A stretch of DNA of 64,000 bases from an uncultured Thermoleophilia bacterium. GTDB lineage: Bacteria; Actinomycetota; Thermoleophilia; RBG-16-64-13. The stretch lies in NCBI GenBank assembly GCA_963772095.1, contig CAVYVU010000001.1:5588-69587 (forward strand). Direction: 5' to 3'. Positions 50,794 through 60,083 of the stretch are shown piece by piece (the stretch's first letter is position 1; each line of letters starts with the position of its first letter). A model generated the notes under the pieces. The model saw nothing but the letters and a program-made list of their open reading frames with translations. It was not told the origin of the DNA and made no database searches. Made by a program: the position numbers and the translations under genes.

Positions 50794-53700
50794 CGGGTTG
50801 GTCCGTAGACGGGTTCGGCATATTGCGCGACTACCAGAAGCGTGACCTACCTCCTGGGCTGGCGGTGTTCGAGGGCCAGAACGAGAGCGGTAAGAGCACG
50901 TTGCACGATTTCCTGCGCGGCGTCCTCTTCGGTTTTCCGCGCGCGGGGAGGAACAAAAGCTCGTACTATCCCCCGCTCAACGGTGGACGACACGGAGGGA
51001 GAGTCTTCGTCGAATCCGCGGACGGAGCGATCACCGTCGAGCGCGAGGTCGGCCGTCCGCCGAGGATAACCAAACGAGACGGCACCGTTCTCAGTGACAC
51101 CGAGTTCCAGTTGTTGATCGGTGGCGTGGACGCCCAGATGTTCCGCACGGTCTTCGCGTTCAGCCTCGACGAGCTGCGCGATTTCGATTCCCTTTCCGAC
51201 GAGCAGGTGAGGGCGCGGATCTTTGCCGCGGGTGTCGGGGGGGCTGGCCCGTCGGTGCGCAGCGTCATCCAGCAGTTGGACAAACGCGCCCAACAGGCTC
51301 TCAAGCCCAGGGCCCGTGACGCTCGGGTCAACAGCTTGCTGTCGGAGGTCATGGCGTGTAGTGGCGAGTTGGACACAGCCCGCCGGCAGGCTGAAGACTA
51401 CCCCTTGCTTCTCGAGGAGGGGAGGGCCCTGTCGCAGGACCTGCAGAGCGTGGAGGTGCGAGAGCGCGGACTCCGGGAGACCATCTCCCGCCACGAGCGA
51501 CTTCAAGAGCTTTGGCCAGCCTGGCACCGCGCAGTCTCGGCCCGCGAGGCTCTCCGCCATCTGGAGTCTGTGGATGAGTTCGTGGCCGATCCTCTGGGGC
51601 GGCTGGCAGAGGTGAGGCAGGCCCTGAAGAGTTCCGGTGAGGTCCTTTCGCGCTTGGAGGACCAACGGCAGCGGCGCCGGCAGGAGACGGATGACCTACG
51701 CGCGAAGCTCCGACCCGATCTAGAGACGTTGCGGCCGGACGTGGAGAGACAGGTCGACCTTTTGCCTCTCCAGAGGGAGCGCGGAAGGGAACTCTCTCTG
51801 GCAGAAGGGCGCGTCCGGCAGGACCAGGATCGATTGTCGCGTCAACTGACGGACCTCGGCCCCGGGTACGACGAGGCTCTCCTGGCAAGGATCGACGCCT
51901 CGCTTCCGCGTGCCGAGGAGGCTCGCTCGTGGAAGGAAAAGCTCGCTGAGGCGTCCGAGGCTCGCAGGCGGGAAACGACGTCGCTCCATGGAGCGACTCT
52001 GCTTCTCGGCAAGGCGGAGTCGGAATACACGAGATTTGCGGCCACACTGGCGAAGCCCGAGCCTCCCGACGCCCAAGACCTGGAAGCGAAGATGGAAGCG
52101 GTTCGCGGACTCCGAGCCGGTTTGGCCTCTCTTGGTGCAAAACAGGCGGCGATCTCGGCGAGCGACGCTCTCTTGGAGAGCACGGAGCGGCTGGTCGGGC
52201 TTGAGGGGTCCGCGGCCCGGACGGGGCGCGCGCGCGGCGGTTGGCCGAAGGTTTCAGTGGCGGCCGCGATTCTGGCGGCGGTCCTTGTGGTCTTGTTGGT
52301 GTGGGCCGCGGCAACCGGGCGTTCTCTGGCTTCCCTTATCCTCGCAGTGGGAGTAGTGGTTCTTGCGCTCGCGGCGTGGGTGCTCTCGAGGTGGGCGCGA
52401 CGAGAACGCACGTTCCCGGGGGCCCAGGAGTTGAGGCGCCCATTAGAGGAGGGTCGTGCTGCCCAACGCGTGCTCGTTGAGGAAGTTTCCCAACTTCAGG
52501 TCTTCATGGAAGAGTCGGCGGCGACCTTGGGCCTGTCGCAGGTGCCCGACGAGGAATTGCTGGAGCGCCTAGAGCTCGACATGGTCGCGCGGCGGCAGGC
52601 GTTGGTCCGATGGCAAGACCAAAACCTCGAGTTGATCAGGCTGGAGGAGAGGCTTGAGGCAGCCCGGCTCGATGAGACCACCGCCCGGGCCGGGTTAGCC
52701 CAGGCGGAGGACAAGCTTCGGCTGCTAGAGGCCGAGTTCAGCGCGCAGCTGGAACAGTGGGGCCTTCCGAGCTCGTTGTCGCCGGCCGGCGCGGAAGACT
52801 TCCTGCGCGCGGTGCGGTCCGCGAACGAGCAAGCCGAAAGGCGCGATGAGAGTGCTCAGATAGTCGCGCGACTGCGGTCCGAATCAGCCGCCTGGGAGGA
52901 GGGTACTTCACGACTACTGGTTGCCGCCGAGCTCGACGGCTCGGACCAGGAGATCACTCAGGGGTTGTTGCGGCTCGAGGAACTTTGCCGGACCGACGCA
53001 GACATTCGCTCGAGGCTGACTTCTTTGGAGACCGCGCTCACCGAGCTAGATGCCGAGATACAGGTTGCGCGCGGCGAACTGGCCCGCCGGATGCACGATC
53101 GCGATGATCTGTTCACGGAGGCGGGGGCCGAAGACGAAGCAGGCTTCCAGCGCCGGTTGGAGATCTTCGAAGAGCGGAAGGAGCTGCTGCGGATCATCGG
53201 CGAAGCTGAGGCAAGACTACACGAGCGCGTCGGTCAAGGCCCAGCCGTGGATACGTTTGTCGAGGAATTGAGCAGCGGGGCGTTGGAAGATTGGCAGGAT
53301 CGGTTGGAAGAGGCGCAGCGCTTGCTCACGGAAACGAGAGAGCTGAACAATGAGCTCGTGAAACGGCAAGGGGATGCCGAACGCCGCCTGCGCGACTTGG
53401 AAGAGTCGGCGGACGTGCCTGCACTCGAAACCCGTCTTCAGGGCCTTCGCACCGACCTCGAGGATGCGCTCAGGGAGTGGCGCGTGACGAGCCTGGCAGC
53501 CTCGCTCGTGCGCGAGACACTGTCGCGCTTCACCCGGGAGCGGCAACCGTTCGTGTTGGCAGAGGCTTCCGAGATGTTCAACAAGGTCACCGGAGGCCGG
53601 TACGAGCGCATCCTTCCGTCCACAGAGGAGGACGGCATCGTGCTCATGGCCTCCGGTGGCAAGATAAAGTCGCCGGAGCAACTTAGCCGGGGTACTATGG

Positions 53701-53951
53701 AGCAGCTCTACCTCTGTCTCAGACTGGGGCTGGCCGAGGAGTTCTCCCGGCGGACGGAAAGCATCCCGCTGGTAATGGACGACGTGCTCGTCAACTTCGA
53801 TGAGGAACGCAGACAGGTCACGGCGGAGTTGCTCGCCTGTTTCGCGCGCCGACACCAAGTGCTCTTGTTCACCTGTCATCGGGACGTGGTCGAACTTCTG
53901 CGGGAGGTCGAGCCCCAGGTGCATGTGGTCACGATGTCCGAGGGCCGGTAG
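50784..53951 (+). CDS. Rad50/SbcC-like AAA ATPase with central membrane hairpin (YhaN/SbcE-like)
   Basis: 1055 aa. Walker A GQNESGKST, long coiled coils, two central TM helices (VSVAAAILAAVLVVLLVWAAA and LASLILAVGVVVLALAAWVL), signature LSRGTMEQLYL, Walker B IPLVMDDVLVNFD. It overlaps the nuclease gene by 10 nt. Confidence 0.85.
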   Translation: MRVTGWSVDGFGILRDYQKRDLPPGLAVFEGQNESGKSTLHDFLRGVLFGFPRAGRNKSSYYPPLNGGRHGGRVFVESADGAITVEREVGRPPRITKRDGTVLSDTEFQLLIGGVDAQMFRTVFAFSLDELRDFDSLSDEQVRARIFAAGVGGAGPSVRSVIQQLDKRAQQALKPRARDARVNSLLSEVMACSGELDTARRQAEDYPLLLEEGRALSQDLQSVEVRERGLRETISRHERLQELWPAWHRAVSAREALRHLESVDEFVADPLGRLAEVRQALKSSGEVLSRLEDQRQRRRQETDDLRAKLRPDLETLRPDVERQVDLLPLQRERGRELSLAEGRVRQDQDRLSRQLTDLGPGYDEALLARIDASLPRAEEARSWKEKLAEASEARRRETTSLHGATLLLGKAESEYTRFAATLAKPEPPDAQDLEAKMEAVRGLRAGLASLGAKQAAISASDALLESTERLVGLEGSAARTGRARGGWPKVSVAAAILAAVLVVLLVWAAATGRSLASLILAVGVVVLALAAWVLSRWARRERTFPGAQELRRPLEEGRAAQRVLVEEVSQLQVFMEESAATLGLSQVPDEELLERLELDMVARRQALVRWQDQNLELIRLEERLEAARLDETTARAGLAQAEDKLRLLEAEFSAQLEQWGLPSSLSPAGAEDFLRAVRSANEQAERRDESAQIVARLRSESAAWEEGTSRLLVAAELDGSDQEITQGLLRLEELCRTDADIRSRLTSLETALTELDAEIQVARGELARRMHDRDDLFTEAGAEDEAGFQRRLEIFEERKELLRIIGEAEARLHERVGQGPAVDTFVEELSSGALEDWQDRLEEAQRLLTETRELNNELVKRQGDAERRLRDLEESADVPALETRLQGLRTDLEDALREWRVTSLAASLVRETLSRFTRERQPFVLAEASEMFNKVTGGRYERILPSTEEDGIVLMASGGKIKSPEQLSRGTMEQLYLCLRLGLAEEFSRRTESIPLVMDDVLVNFDEERRQVTAELLACFARRHQVLLFTCHRDVVELLREVEPQVHVVTMSEGR

Positions 53952-53974
53952 AACGGCAGATGCCCCCCGAGTGG

Positions 53975-54020
53975 CGATATGTCGCTGGGCTGACGATATG
54001 TGGCCGGGTTAACGATATGT
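53975..54020. repeat. Three direct repeats of CGATATGT with exact 19-bp periodicity upstream of the SDR gene
   Basis: CGATATGT occurs at 53975, 53994 and 54013. The last copy ends 13 nt before the ATG at 54034. Confidence 0.7.
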
Positions 54021-54033
54021 TGTTACGCTGATC

Positions 54034-54900
54034 ATGGACGAGTTCACCCGCATGGATGGCAGGATCTGCATCGTCACCGGGGCCACGTCGGGGCTTGGTC
54101 TTGTCGTCGCGCGGGAACTGGCGGCGCGTGGGGCCACGGTGGTGGTCATGGGGAGGGACCCGGCCAAAGCGCGAGAGGCGGCTGCGTCCATCCGGGCGGC
54201 CGTCACCGGGACCCAGGTCGAGGTCTTGGCCGCCGACCTTTCCTCTCAAGCCGAAGTCAGGCGGGTGGTGGCGGAATTTGGTCAGCGCCACGGGACGCTC
54301 GCCGTGCTTGTGAATAACGCCGGCGCCTATTTTCCGCACCGTCGGGTGAGTGTCGACGGCATCGAGATGACCTTCGCGATCAACTTTCTGGCGCTTCTTC
54401 TCCTCACCCACCTCCTCCTCGACCGGTTGAAGCAGGATCCGTCGGGTCGGGTGGTCAATGTGTCATCGAATGCGCACGTGCGGGTCCACCTCGACCTAGA
54501 CGATCCACAGGGCGGAAGAAGGCACTATAGCGGCTTCGCAGCTTACGCGCGATCCAAGCTGGCCGATCTTCTCTTCACGTACGAACTGGCCCGGAGGTTG
54601 GCGGAGTCATCAGTCGCCGTGAATGCCCTTCACCCCGGCCTTGCCGCCACCCACATGGTGCAAAGTGAGGGTGGCCCGAGCGCACTGGTGTTTCGATACC
54701 TGAGCCGGTTTTTCGGTCGATCGGCGGAAGATGGGGCGCGAACCAGTGTCTACCTGGCGACCTCACCGGAGGTGGAGCACGTCTCGGGCCAGTATTTCTC
54801 GGATTGCAAGCCGGTGCGCTCCTCCCCGGAATCGTATGACAGGTTTGCAGGGAGCCGCTTGTGGGAGATAAGCGAGAGGATGACTGGGCTGGCCGACTAA
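54034..54900 (+). CDS. Short-chain dehydrogenase/reductase (SDR)
   Basis: TGATSGLG cofactor motif, NNAG, catalytic YxxxK (YARSK). Confidence 0.9.
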   Translation: MDEFTRMDGRICIVTGATSGLGLVVARELAARGATVVVMGRDPAKAREAAASIRAAVTGTQVEVLAADLSSQAEVRRVVAEFGQRHGTLAVLVNNAGAYFPHRRVSVDGIEMTFAINFLALLLLTHLLLDRLKQDPSGRVVNVSSNAHVRVHLDLDDPQGGRRHYSGFAAYARSKLADLLFTYELARRLAESSVAVNALHPGLAATHMVQSEGGPSALVFRYLSRFFGRSAEDGARTSVYLATSPEVEHVSGQYFSDCKPVRSSPESYDRFAGSRLWEISERMTGLAD

Positions 54901-54982
54901 GTGGCATCGCCTGAGTGGCCTCGACTGTCGCCGGCATCGCGGGACCCGTACTTTGCTTTTGCTAACCTATAAGGCTCTAACC

Positions 54983-55675
54983 ATGCACGACACTGGCATC
55001 GATACAGTCATCCTGGACATGGACGGGGTCATCTTCGACACCGAGCAGATATGGCACGCGGTGAGACGGGACTTTGCCGTCGAGCACGGAGGCCATTGGA
55101 CAGAAGAGGACCAGCGGGCCGTCATGGGAGACAACTCCGCCCAATGGGCGGCATACATGCGGACGCATTGCGGTGTGAAGCTCGCCGCGGAGGATATCTA
55201 CGCCGGGGTATTGGAGGGGCTGCGGGACAGCTATGCTCACGAACTACCCCTTATCCAAGGGTCCAGGGAGTCAATTGAAGGCCTGGCCGCGCGGTACCGT
55301 CTCGGGCTGGCCTCTTCCTCTCCGCTGGAGCTCATCGAGTATGCGCTCGCGTTGGCGGATCTGCGGGCGCACTTCACCTCACTTGTCTCTTCCGACGAAG
55401 TGCCTCGCGGCAAGCCTGCTCCCGACGTGTATCTGATGGCGTGTTCCCGTCTGGATACTGTCCCGGAAAAGTCGGCGGCGGTGGAGGACTCCACCAGCGG
55501 TCTTCAGGCTGCTGCGGCCGCCGGACTGGCGGTGATCGCCATTCCCAATCCAGGTTTTCCACCGTCCGCTGAGGCCTTGGCCCTAGCGGACGTGGTTCTC
55601 GCGCGGATCGTCGATCTGAGTCCCGCGGTAATCGAATCGCTGGGCGGGCGGGCGCATCCGTCAAGCCTTCGCTAG
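54983..55675 (+). CDS. HAD-superfamily hydrolase (beta-phosphoglucomutase-like, subfamily IA)
   Basis: DMDGVIFDTE (DxDG motif I), SSS...(motif II), KPAPDVY, EDSTSGLQAA. ATG at 54983; the listed ORF starts at 54953. Confidence 0.85.
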   Translation: MHDTGIDTVILDMDGVIFDTEQIWHAVRRDFAVEHGGHWTEEDQRAVMGDNSAQWAAYMRTHCGVKLAAEDIYAGVLEGLRDSYAHELPLIQGSRESIEGLAARYRLGLASSSPLELIEYALALADLRAHFTSLVSSDEVPRGKPAPDVYLMACSRLDTVPEKSAAVEDSTSGLQAAAAAGLAVIAIPNPGFPPSAEALALADVVLARIVDLSPAVIESLGGRAHPSSLR

Positions 55676-55688
55676 CGGAGGAGTCGGC

Positions 55689-56141
55689 ATGGTCACAAGG
55701 GCAGAAGTCGAGGAATTCCTCACCGGGGGCAGCTGGGCTGTTATCGGAGCCTCGCGAGACCGGAGAAAGTTCGGTAACACCGTGTTCCGCGAGCTCAAGA
55801 AACGCGGCCGCCAGGTTTTCCCCATCAACAAGAACGCGGCTGAGATCGAGGGCGAGCCCTGCTACGCAAGTCTGGCCGATCTTCCCGAGGAAGTCGACCG
55901 GGTGGTGATAGTCGTGCCGCCCGAGCAAACAGAAGTGGTTGTGAAAGAGGCCGCAGAAGCAGGTATCAACCGGGTCTGGATGCAACAGGGATCGGAGTCC
56001 GACGCGGCGGTGGCATACTGCCGGTCTCAGGGCATGACCGTCGTTTCCGGGCAATGCATCTTGATGTCTCTGGAGCAGACGGATGTCCCGCATCAGGAGG
56101 ACCGTTGGTTCCGGGGCTTTGGAGGTAAGCGACCCGAGTGA
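55689..56141 (+). CDS. CoA-binding domain protein (YccU/YneT-like)
   Basis: 150 aa: WAVIGASRDRRKFGN...PINK...GEPCY.SL.D.P..VD.V.IVVP, the CoA_binding_2 pattern. Confidence 0.8.
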   Translation: MVTRAEVEEFLTGGSWAVIGASRDRRKFGNTVFRELKKRGRQVFPINKNAAEIEGEPCYASLADLPEEVDRVVIVVPPEQTEVVVKEAAEAGINRVWMQQGSESDAAVAYCRSQGMTVVSGQCILMSLEQTDVPHQEDRWFRGFGGKRPE

Positions 56142-56563
56142 TCCGCATCTCTGACACGCTGTCGCTACCGGATACCGAGATCGAATACCGCACATCACGC
56201 AGTGGAGGCCCCGGAGGTCAGAACGTGAACAAGGTGAGCACGCGCGTCACCTTGCTTTTCGATGTTGCCGGTTCTCCAACGCTCTCCGACGAGCAGCGGA
56301 ATCTTGTGCTCGAACGACTGGCCGGTCGGACGAGCAGGACGGGCGTACTTCAGGTAACCTCGCAGCGCCATCGTACGCAGCTCGCAAACCGGGATGCTGC
56401 CACCGAGCGATTCGTTCGTCTGATGGTCGAAGCCTTGGCGGAGATTCCGGAACGTAAGGCGGTGGCCGTTCCAAGGGCGGAGAAAGAGCGCCGTCTGGAG
56501 GAGAAGCACCTCCGGGCACGTATCAAGCGGGAGCGGGTCAAGGATTTTGAGACGGACGGTTAG
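56138..56563 (+). CDS. arfB: Alternative ribosome-rescue factor ArfB (peptidyl-tRNA hydrolase, class-I RF domain)
   Basis: 141 aa: SRSGGPGGQNVNKVSTRV (GGQ) plus a basic C-terminal tail (EKERRLEEKHLRARIKRER). Confidence 0.88.
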   Translation: MIRISDTLSLPDTEIEYRTSRSGGPGGQNVNKVSTRVTLLFDVAGSPTLSDEQRNLVLERLAGRTSRTGVLQVTSQRHRTQLANRDAATERFVRLMVEALAEIPERKAVAVPRAEKERRLEEKHLRARIKRERVKDFETDG

Positions 56564-56569
56564 GAGCCT

Positions 56570-57817
56570 GTGACGGACGAGACCGGCGACAAGGTCAGGC
56601 AACTCCTCGACCAGGGTGTGGTAGTCCACGCCCCGGCGACGGTGCACGTGGACGAGGATGTCGATGTTGGTCGCATCGCGCCCGGTGCGGTGATCCATGC
56701 TGGCTGCCGGATCAGAGGGGAACGGACGTCGATCGGGCCGGGCTCGGCCATAGGTTCGGAGGCACCGGCCACCGTCGACAACTGTCAGCTGGGCCGAGAC
56801 GTATCTTTGAAGGGCGGCTATTTTTCGGGTTCCACGTTTTTGGACGGTTCGAGCGTGGGTAGTTGCGCCCATGTGCGTCCGGGCACGCTGCTCGAAGAGG
56901 AGGCCAGCGCGGCTCACAGTGTGGGACTCAAACAGACGGTCCTCCTGCCTTTCGTGACCGGCGGTAGCCTCATCAACATGTGCGACTGCCTCGTGGCCGG
57001 GGGAACGAGTCGAACCAACCATAGCGAGATCGGTTCTTCGTACATCCACTTCAACTTCACTCCGAACCAGGACAAGGCCACTGCCTCCCTGCTCGGTGAC
57101 GTCCCTCGCGGAGTCATGCTCGATCAGGCACCCATATTCTTAGGGGGCCAGGGAGGCCTGGTAGGCCCCTCCCGGCTGGCGTTCGGGACCATCGTGGCCG
57201 CTGGAGTGATCTGCCGGCAGGATATCGTGGAGGGAAACCGCCTCTTCGTGGGGCGGGCTGGAGGCAGTGGAGGAATCCGTCCCTACACGAACGGGGTGTA
57301 CTCGGGAATCGACCGGCTTCTCACCAACAATCTCCTATATCTGGGCAATATCCGGGCGCTCTTGGCCTGGTATCGGGTGGCACGCAAGCCGATCATGACC
57401 GGCTCGCCTTGCCAGGAAGCGTGCTGGGCCGGCGCGGTGGAGAACCTGGAGCTGATCCTGCACGAGCGTGTGAGGCGCATGACGGAGATGGTAGCCATTA
57501 TGGAACGGGCGCTGGACCAGGTCGGGCAAGGCGCGGGTTCCGCCCTCTCTAGCGAAGTCGCGGCAGAGTACGGCAGCTTGGTAGCGGCCTGGCCTCGCAT
57601 GGAGGCTCCTCTGCGACAGGACGTGGGCGAGGCGGTGGGCACGGCTGCGCGGGAGGCCTTCCTGGCTGAGTGGGGGCGCATCGTGCCGCTTACTCCCTAC
57701 CCAGAGGCGATCGCGCTGGTGAGCCCACAGGCGCGGATCGCCGGGACCGCGTGGCTTCAGGCCGTGGTGGACGCGGTGGTGCAGACCGGGCGGATGGCGA
57801 TGGGCGGCGGATCGTAG
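56570..57817 (+). CDS. Left-handed beta-helix (hexapeptide-repeat) protein, GlmU C-terminal-like, with ~170-aa helical C-terminal extension; function unknown
   Basis: 415 aa. Repetitive [LIV]-G-x4 turns run through ~residue 240 (IGPGSAIGSEA..., GSSVGSCAHVRPG, SEIGSSYIHFNFTPNQDKATASLLGDVP), followed by an Ala/Leu-rich helical region. The stop TAG overlaps the glmM GTG (TAGTG). Confidence 0.6.
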   Translation: MTDETGDKVRQLLDQGVVVHAPATVHVDEDVDVGRIAPGAVIHAGCRIRGERTSIGPGSAIGSEAPATVDNCQLGRDVSLKGGYFSGSTFLDGSSVGSCAHVRPGTLLEEEASAAHSVGLKQTVLLPFVTGGSLINMCDCLVAGGTSRTNHSEIGSSYIHFNFTPNQDKATASLLGDVPRGVMLDQAPIFLGGQGGLVGPSRLAFGTIVAAGVICRQDIVEGNRLFVGRAGGSGGIRPYTNGVYSGIDRLLTNNLLYLGNIRALLAWYRVARKPIMTGSPCQEACWAGAVENLELILHERVRRMTEMVAIMERALDQVGQGAGSALSSEVAAEYGSLVAAWPRMEAPLRQDVGEAVGTAAREAFLAEWGRIVPLTPYPEAIALVSPQARIAGTAWLQAVVDAVVQTGRMAMGGGS

Positions 57818-59157
57818 TGGCGAGGCTATTCGGCACGGATGGCGTTCGCGGCGTGGCCAACCTTCCTCCTTTGACCCCGGATGCAGCTCTGTCCATCGGT
57901 CGAGCGATAACACTGCGCCTGCGCGATACCCGAAGCGGCAAACCGCGCGTACTGATCGGGCGAGATACACGCCTGAGCGGACCGATGCTCGAATGCGCGG
58001 TGGCGGCCGGTGTGTGCTCTGCCGGCGGGGATGTGCTCAGAGCCGGTGTGCTCCCGACTCCGGCGGTTGCTTACTGTACGCGGGAGATGAATGCCGACGC
58101 CGGGGTGGTGATCTCCGCGTCCCACAATCCGTTCCAGGACAACGGCATCAAGATCTTCTCGGGCGACGGCTTCAAGCTTTCCGACGCCGAAGAGGACCGT
58201 ATCGAGGAACTCATCTCCGGGAGTCTGGCGGAACCGCCGGCTGGGCATGGATTGGGGACCGTCGCAGAGTTTGAGAAGGCGATGGATCGTTACGTCACGC
58301 TTCTGTCGAGGCACCTTTCCCGGCACCGACCTGGAGGGATTCCATCTGGTCTTGGACTGCGCGAACGGGGCCACCTACCGGGCGGCGCCTGCCGTTCTCT
58401 CGGCATTGGGTGCGCGGGTGTCGGTACTGGGCGACCAGCCTGACGGGGTCAACATCAACGAAGACTGTGGCTCTGAACATCCTGAGGCGCTCGCGGCCAA
58501 AGTCCGCGAGTCGGGCGCCGTGGCCGGGTTGGCTCTCGACGGGGATGGTGACCGGCTGCGGGTGGTGGATGAGCAAGGCGACTCTGCTCACCGGGGATCA
58601 GCTGATCGCCCTCTGCGCGCGCATGTACAAGGACCGCGGCTGGCTCGAGAACAACCTGGTGGTGACCACCGTAATGAGCAACTTCGGCCTGGGAGTGGCC
58701 CTACGCGGGCTGGGTATCGATCACGCGGCGAGCGGAGTAGGCGACCGCTACGTCCTGGAACTCATGAGGGACCGGGGGGCTGCCCTGGGGGGCGAGGACT
58801 CCGGCCACATCATATTCCTGAGGCATCACAGCACCGGTGACGGTATTATCGCTGCCCTGCAGGTGCTGGGTGCGATGCGTTTCTACGGCCGTCCGCTATC
58901 GACACTGGCTGAGATCATGCGGGTGACTCCACAGAGGGTAATCAACGTAGAGGTGGCCTCGAAGCCCCCGCTCGACTCGCTCGGGGCTCTCACCGGCAGG
59001 ATCGCTGAGGCCGAGGCCGAGTTGGCGGGGGAGGGCCGGGTGCTCATCCGCTACTCGGGAACGCAGGCGATGTGCCGGGTGATGGTAGAAGGACCGACTC
59101 AGGAAATCACCGAGCGGCTGGCAGCGTGCCTGGCTGAGGCGATCCGCGGCGAGTTAG
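57817..59157 (+). pseudogene. glmM: Phosphoglucosamine mutase, 2-3 frame breaks as assembled
   Basis: LFGTDGVRG, active-site ISASHNPFQDNGIK (ORF 57670...), LDCANGA...GLALDGDGDR (ORF 58247...), TGDQL...GGEDSGHIIF (ORF 58410...). Breaks are at ~58300 and ~58580. The frame-0 read-through to 59378 overlaps the convergent gene, so the real stop is probably near 59155. Confidence 0.85.
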
Positions 59158-59168
59158 GCGCGAAAGAC

Positions 59169-60083
59169 CTAGTAGATCTCGTCGCCTTCTTCAGTCGTGT
59201 AGAACAATTTCAAACAGGCACTCTCGGCTTCGGGGCACCTGTCTTCCCGGAGCGCGCTTTCGGCCCGCCGCCGGTTGACTATCGCCTCTTTCTCCATGTC
59301 GGCCAGCTTCTCGACGATCCGGTGCTCAGCGAGCAATGCCTTCACCCCCTCGAAGATCCGCGGGCTGCCGAAAAGTAGTTCCCCTTCAGCGAGGATCTTG
59401 CAGGCCACCATGCTCTCGAACTTGTCGAAGTGGACCTGCCGCCGCACCGTGGCCAGATCCTTTATGAGGTAGTCGATCTCCTCGCGGTAGCTGGGGCTCA
59501 CCAGCAGGAAGTACTTCTTCTTGTAGATCGCATCGTCCAGGGCCGCGACCAGGTCCGCGGGCACGTCATCGTCCGTCACGACGACGATGTCCAGGTCGGA
59601 ACCGCGTACCATCTTGCCGGTGCTGTGTTCGGGACGGGAGACCCGATGGGCCATGTCGTATGTGATGTCGCCGGCCAGGATGAAGCACGCGCGTTCGACT
59701 GCCCCGTCAGGGTCGGCCATCCCGGAGACAGCGGATGCAATGGCCTCCCGGGCAAGACGTCGCTTGGCATCGCTGATGCGGACTGTTTCCGTCGCCAGAT
59801 GGGCGGCTCGTTCGTACAATCGCTCTTGCGCATCGACGACATCCAGCAAGGTATAGGTAAGGAATTCCCGGCGGATCGAGGGGGACAGGCGGGCATAGCC
59901 ATCCACCGCCCTGTCCAGTCGGAGAAACCTCCGCCCCACCACCCGGCTGCTCAGGCCTGGAGCGGTGGCGCATGCCCGCCAGAGTTCAAGCGCCTCGAGT
60001 CCCGTCATCTCGAGTAATTCGGCACCAGTGAGCGGACCACTCTCGCGGAGGACCGGCGCGATGGCTGTTGCTGGCTGGCTCAC
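59169..60083 (-). CDS. Uncharacterised Pol-beta-superfamily nucleotidyltransferase-domain protein (N-terminal wHTH-like region)
   Basis: 305 aa from GTG 60083. NTase core ...AGDITYDMAHRVSRPEHSTGKMVRGSDLDIVVVTDD (G-x(n)-[S]D[LI]D pattern). The start GTG overlaps the upstream TGA (GTGA). Confidence 0.55.
   Translation of the reverse strand: MSQPATAIAPVLRESGPLTGAELLEMTGLEALELWRACATAPGLSSRVVGRRFLRLDRAVDGYARLSPSIRREFLTYTLLDVVDAQERLYERAAHLATETVRISDAKRRLAREAIASAVSGMADPDGAVERACFILAGDITYDMAHRVSRPEHSTGKMVRGSDLDIVVVTDDDVPADLVAALDDAIYKKKYFLLVSPSYREEIDYLIKDLATVRRQVHFDKFESMVACKILAEGELLFGSPRIFEGVKALLAEHRIVEKLADMEKEAIVNRRRAESALREDRCPEAESACLKLFYTTEEGDEIY

Noticed and set aside
59158-59378. Frame-0 read-through of glmM for ~75 codons into the convergent nucleotidyltransferase-domain gene.
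   Set aside because: GlmM homology ends near ...AEAIRGELG, at the normal protein length of ~450 aa. The extension is antisense to a coding gene. A stop (TAG 59155..59157) exists one frame over, so a terminal indel is more likely than a real extension.
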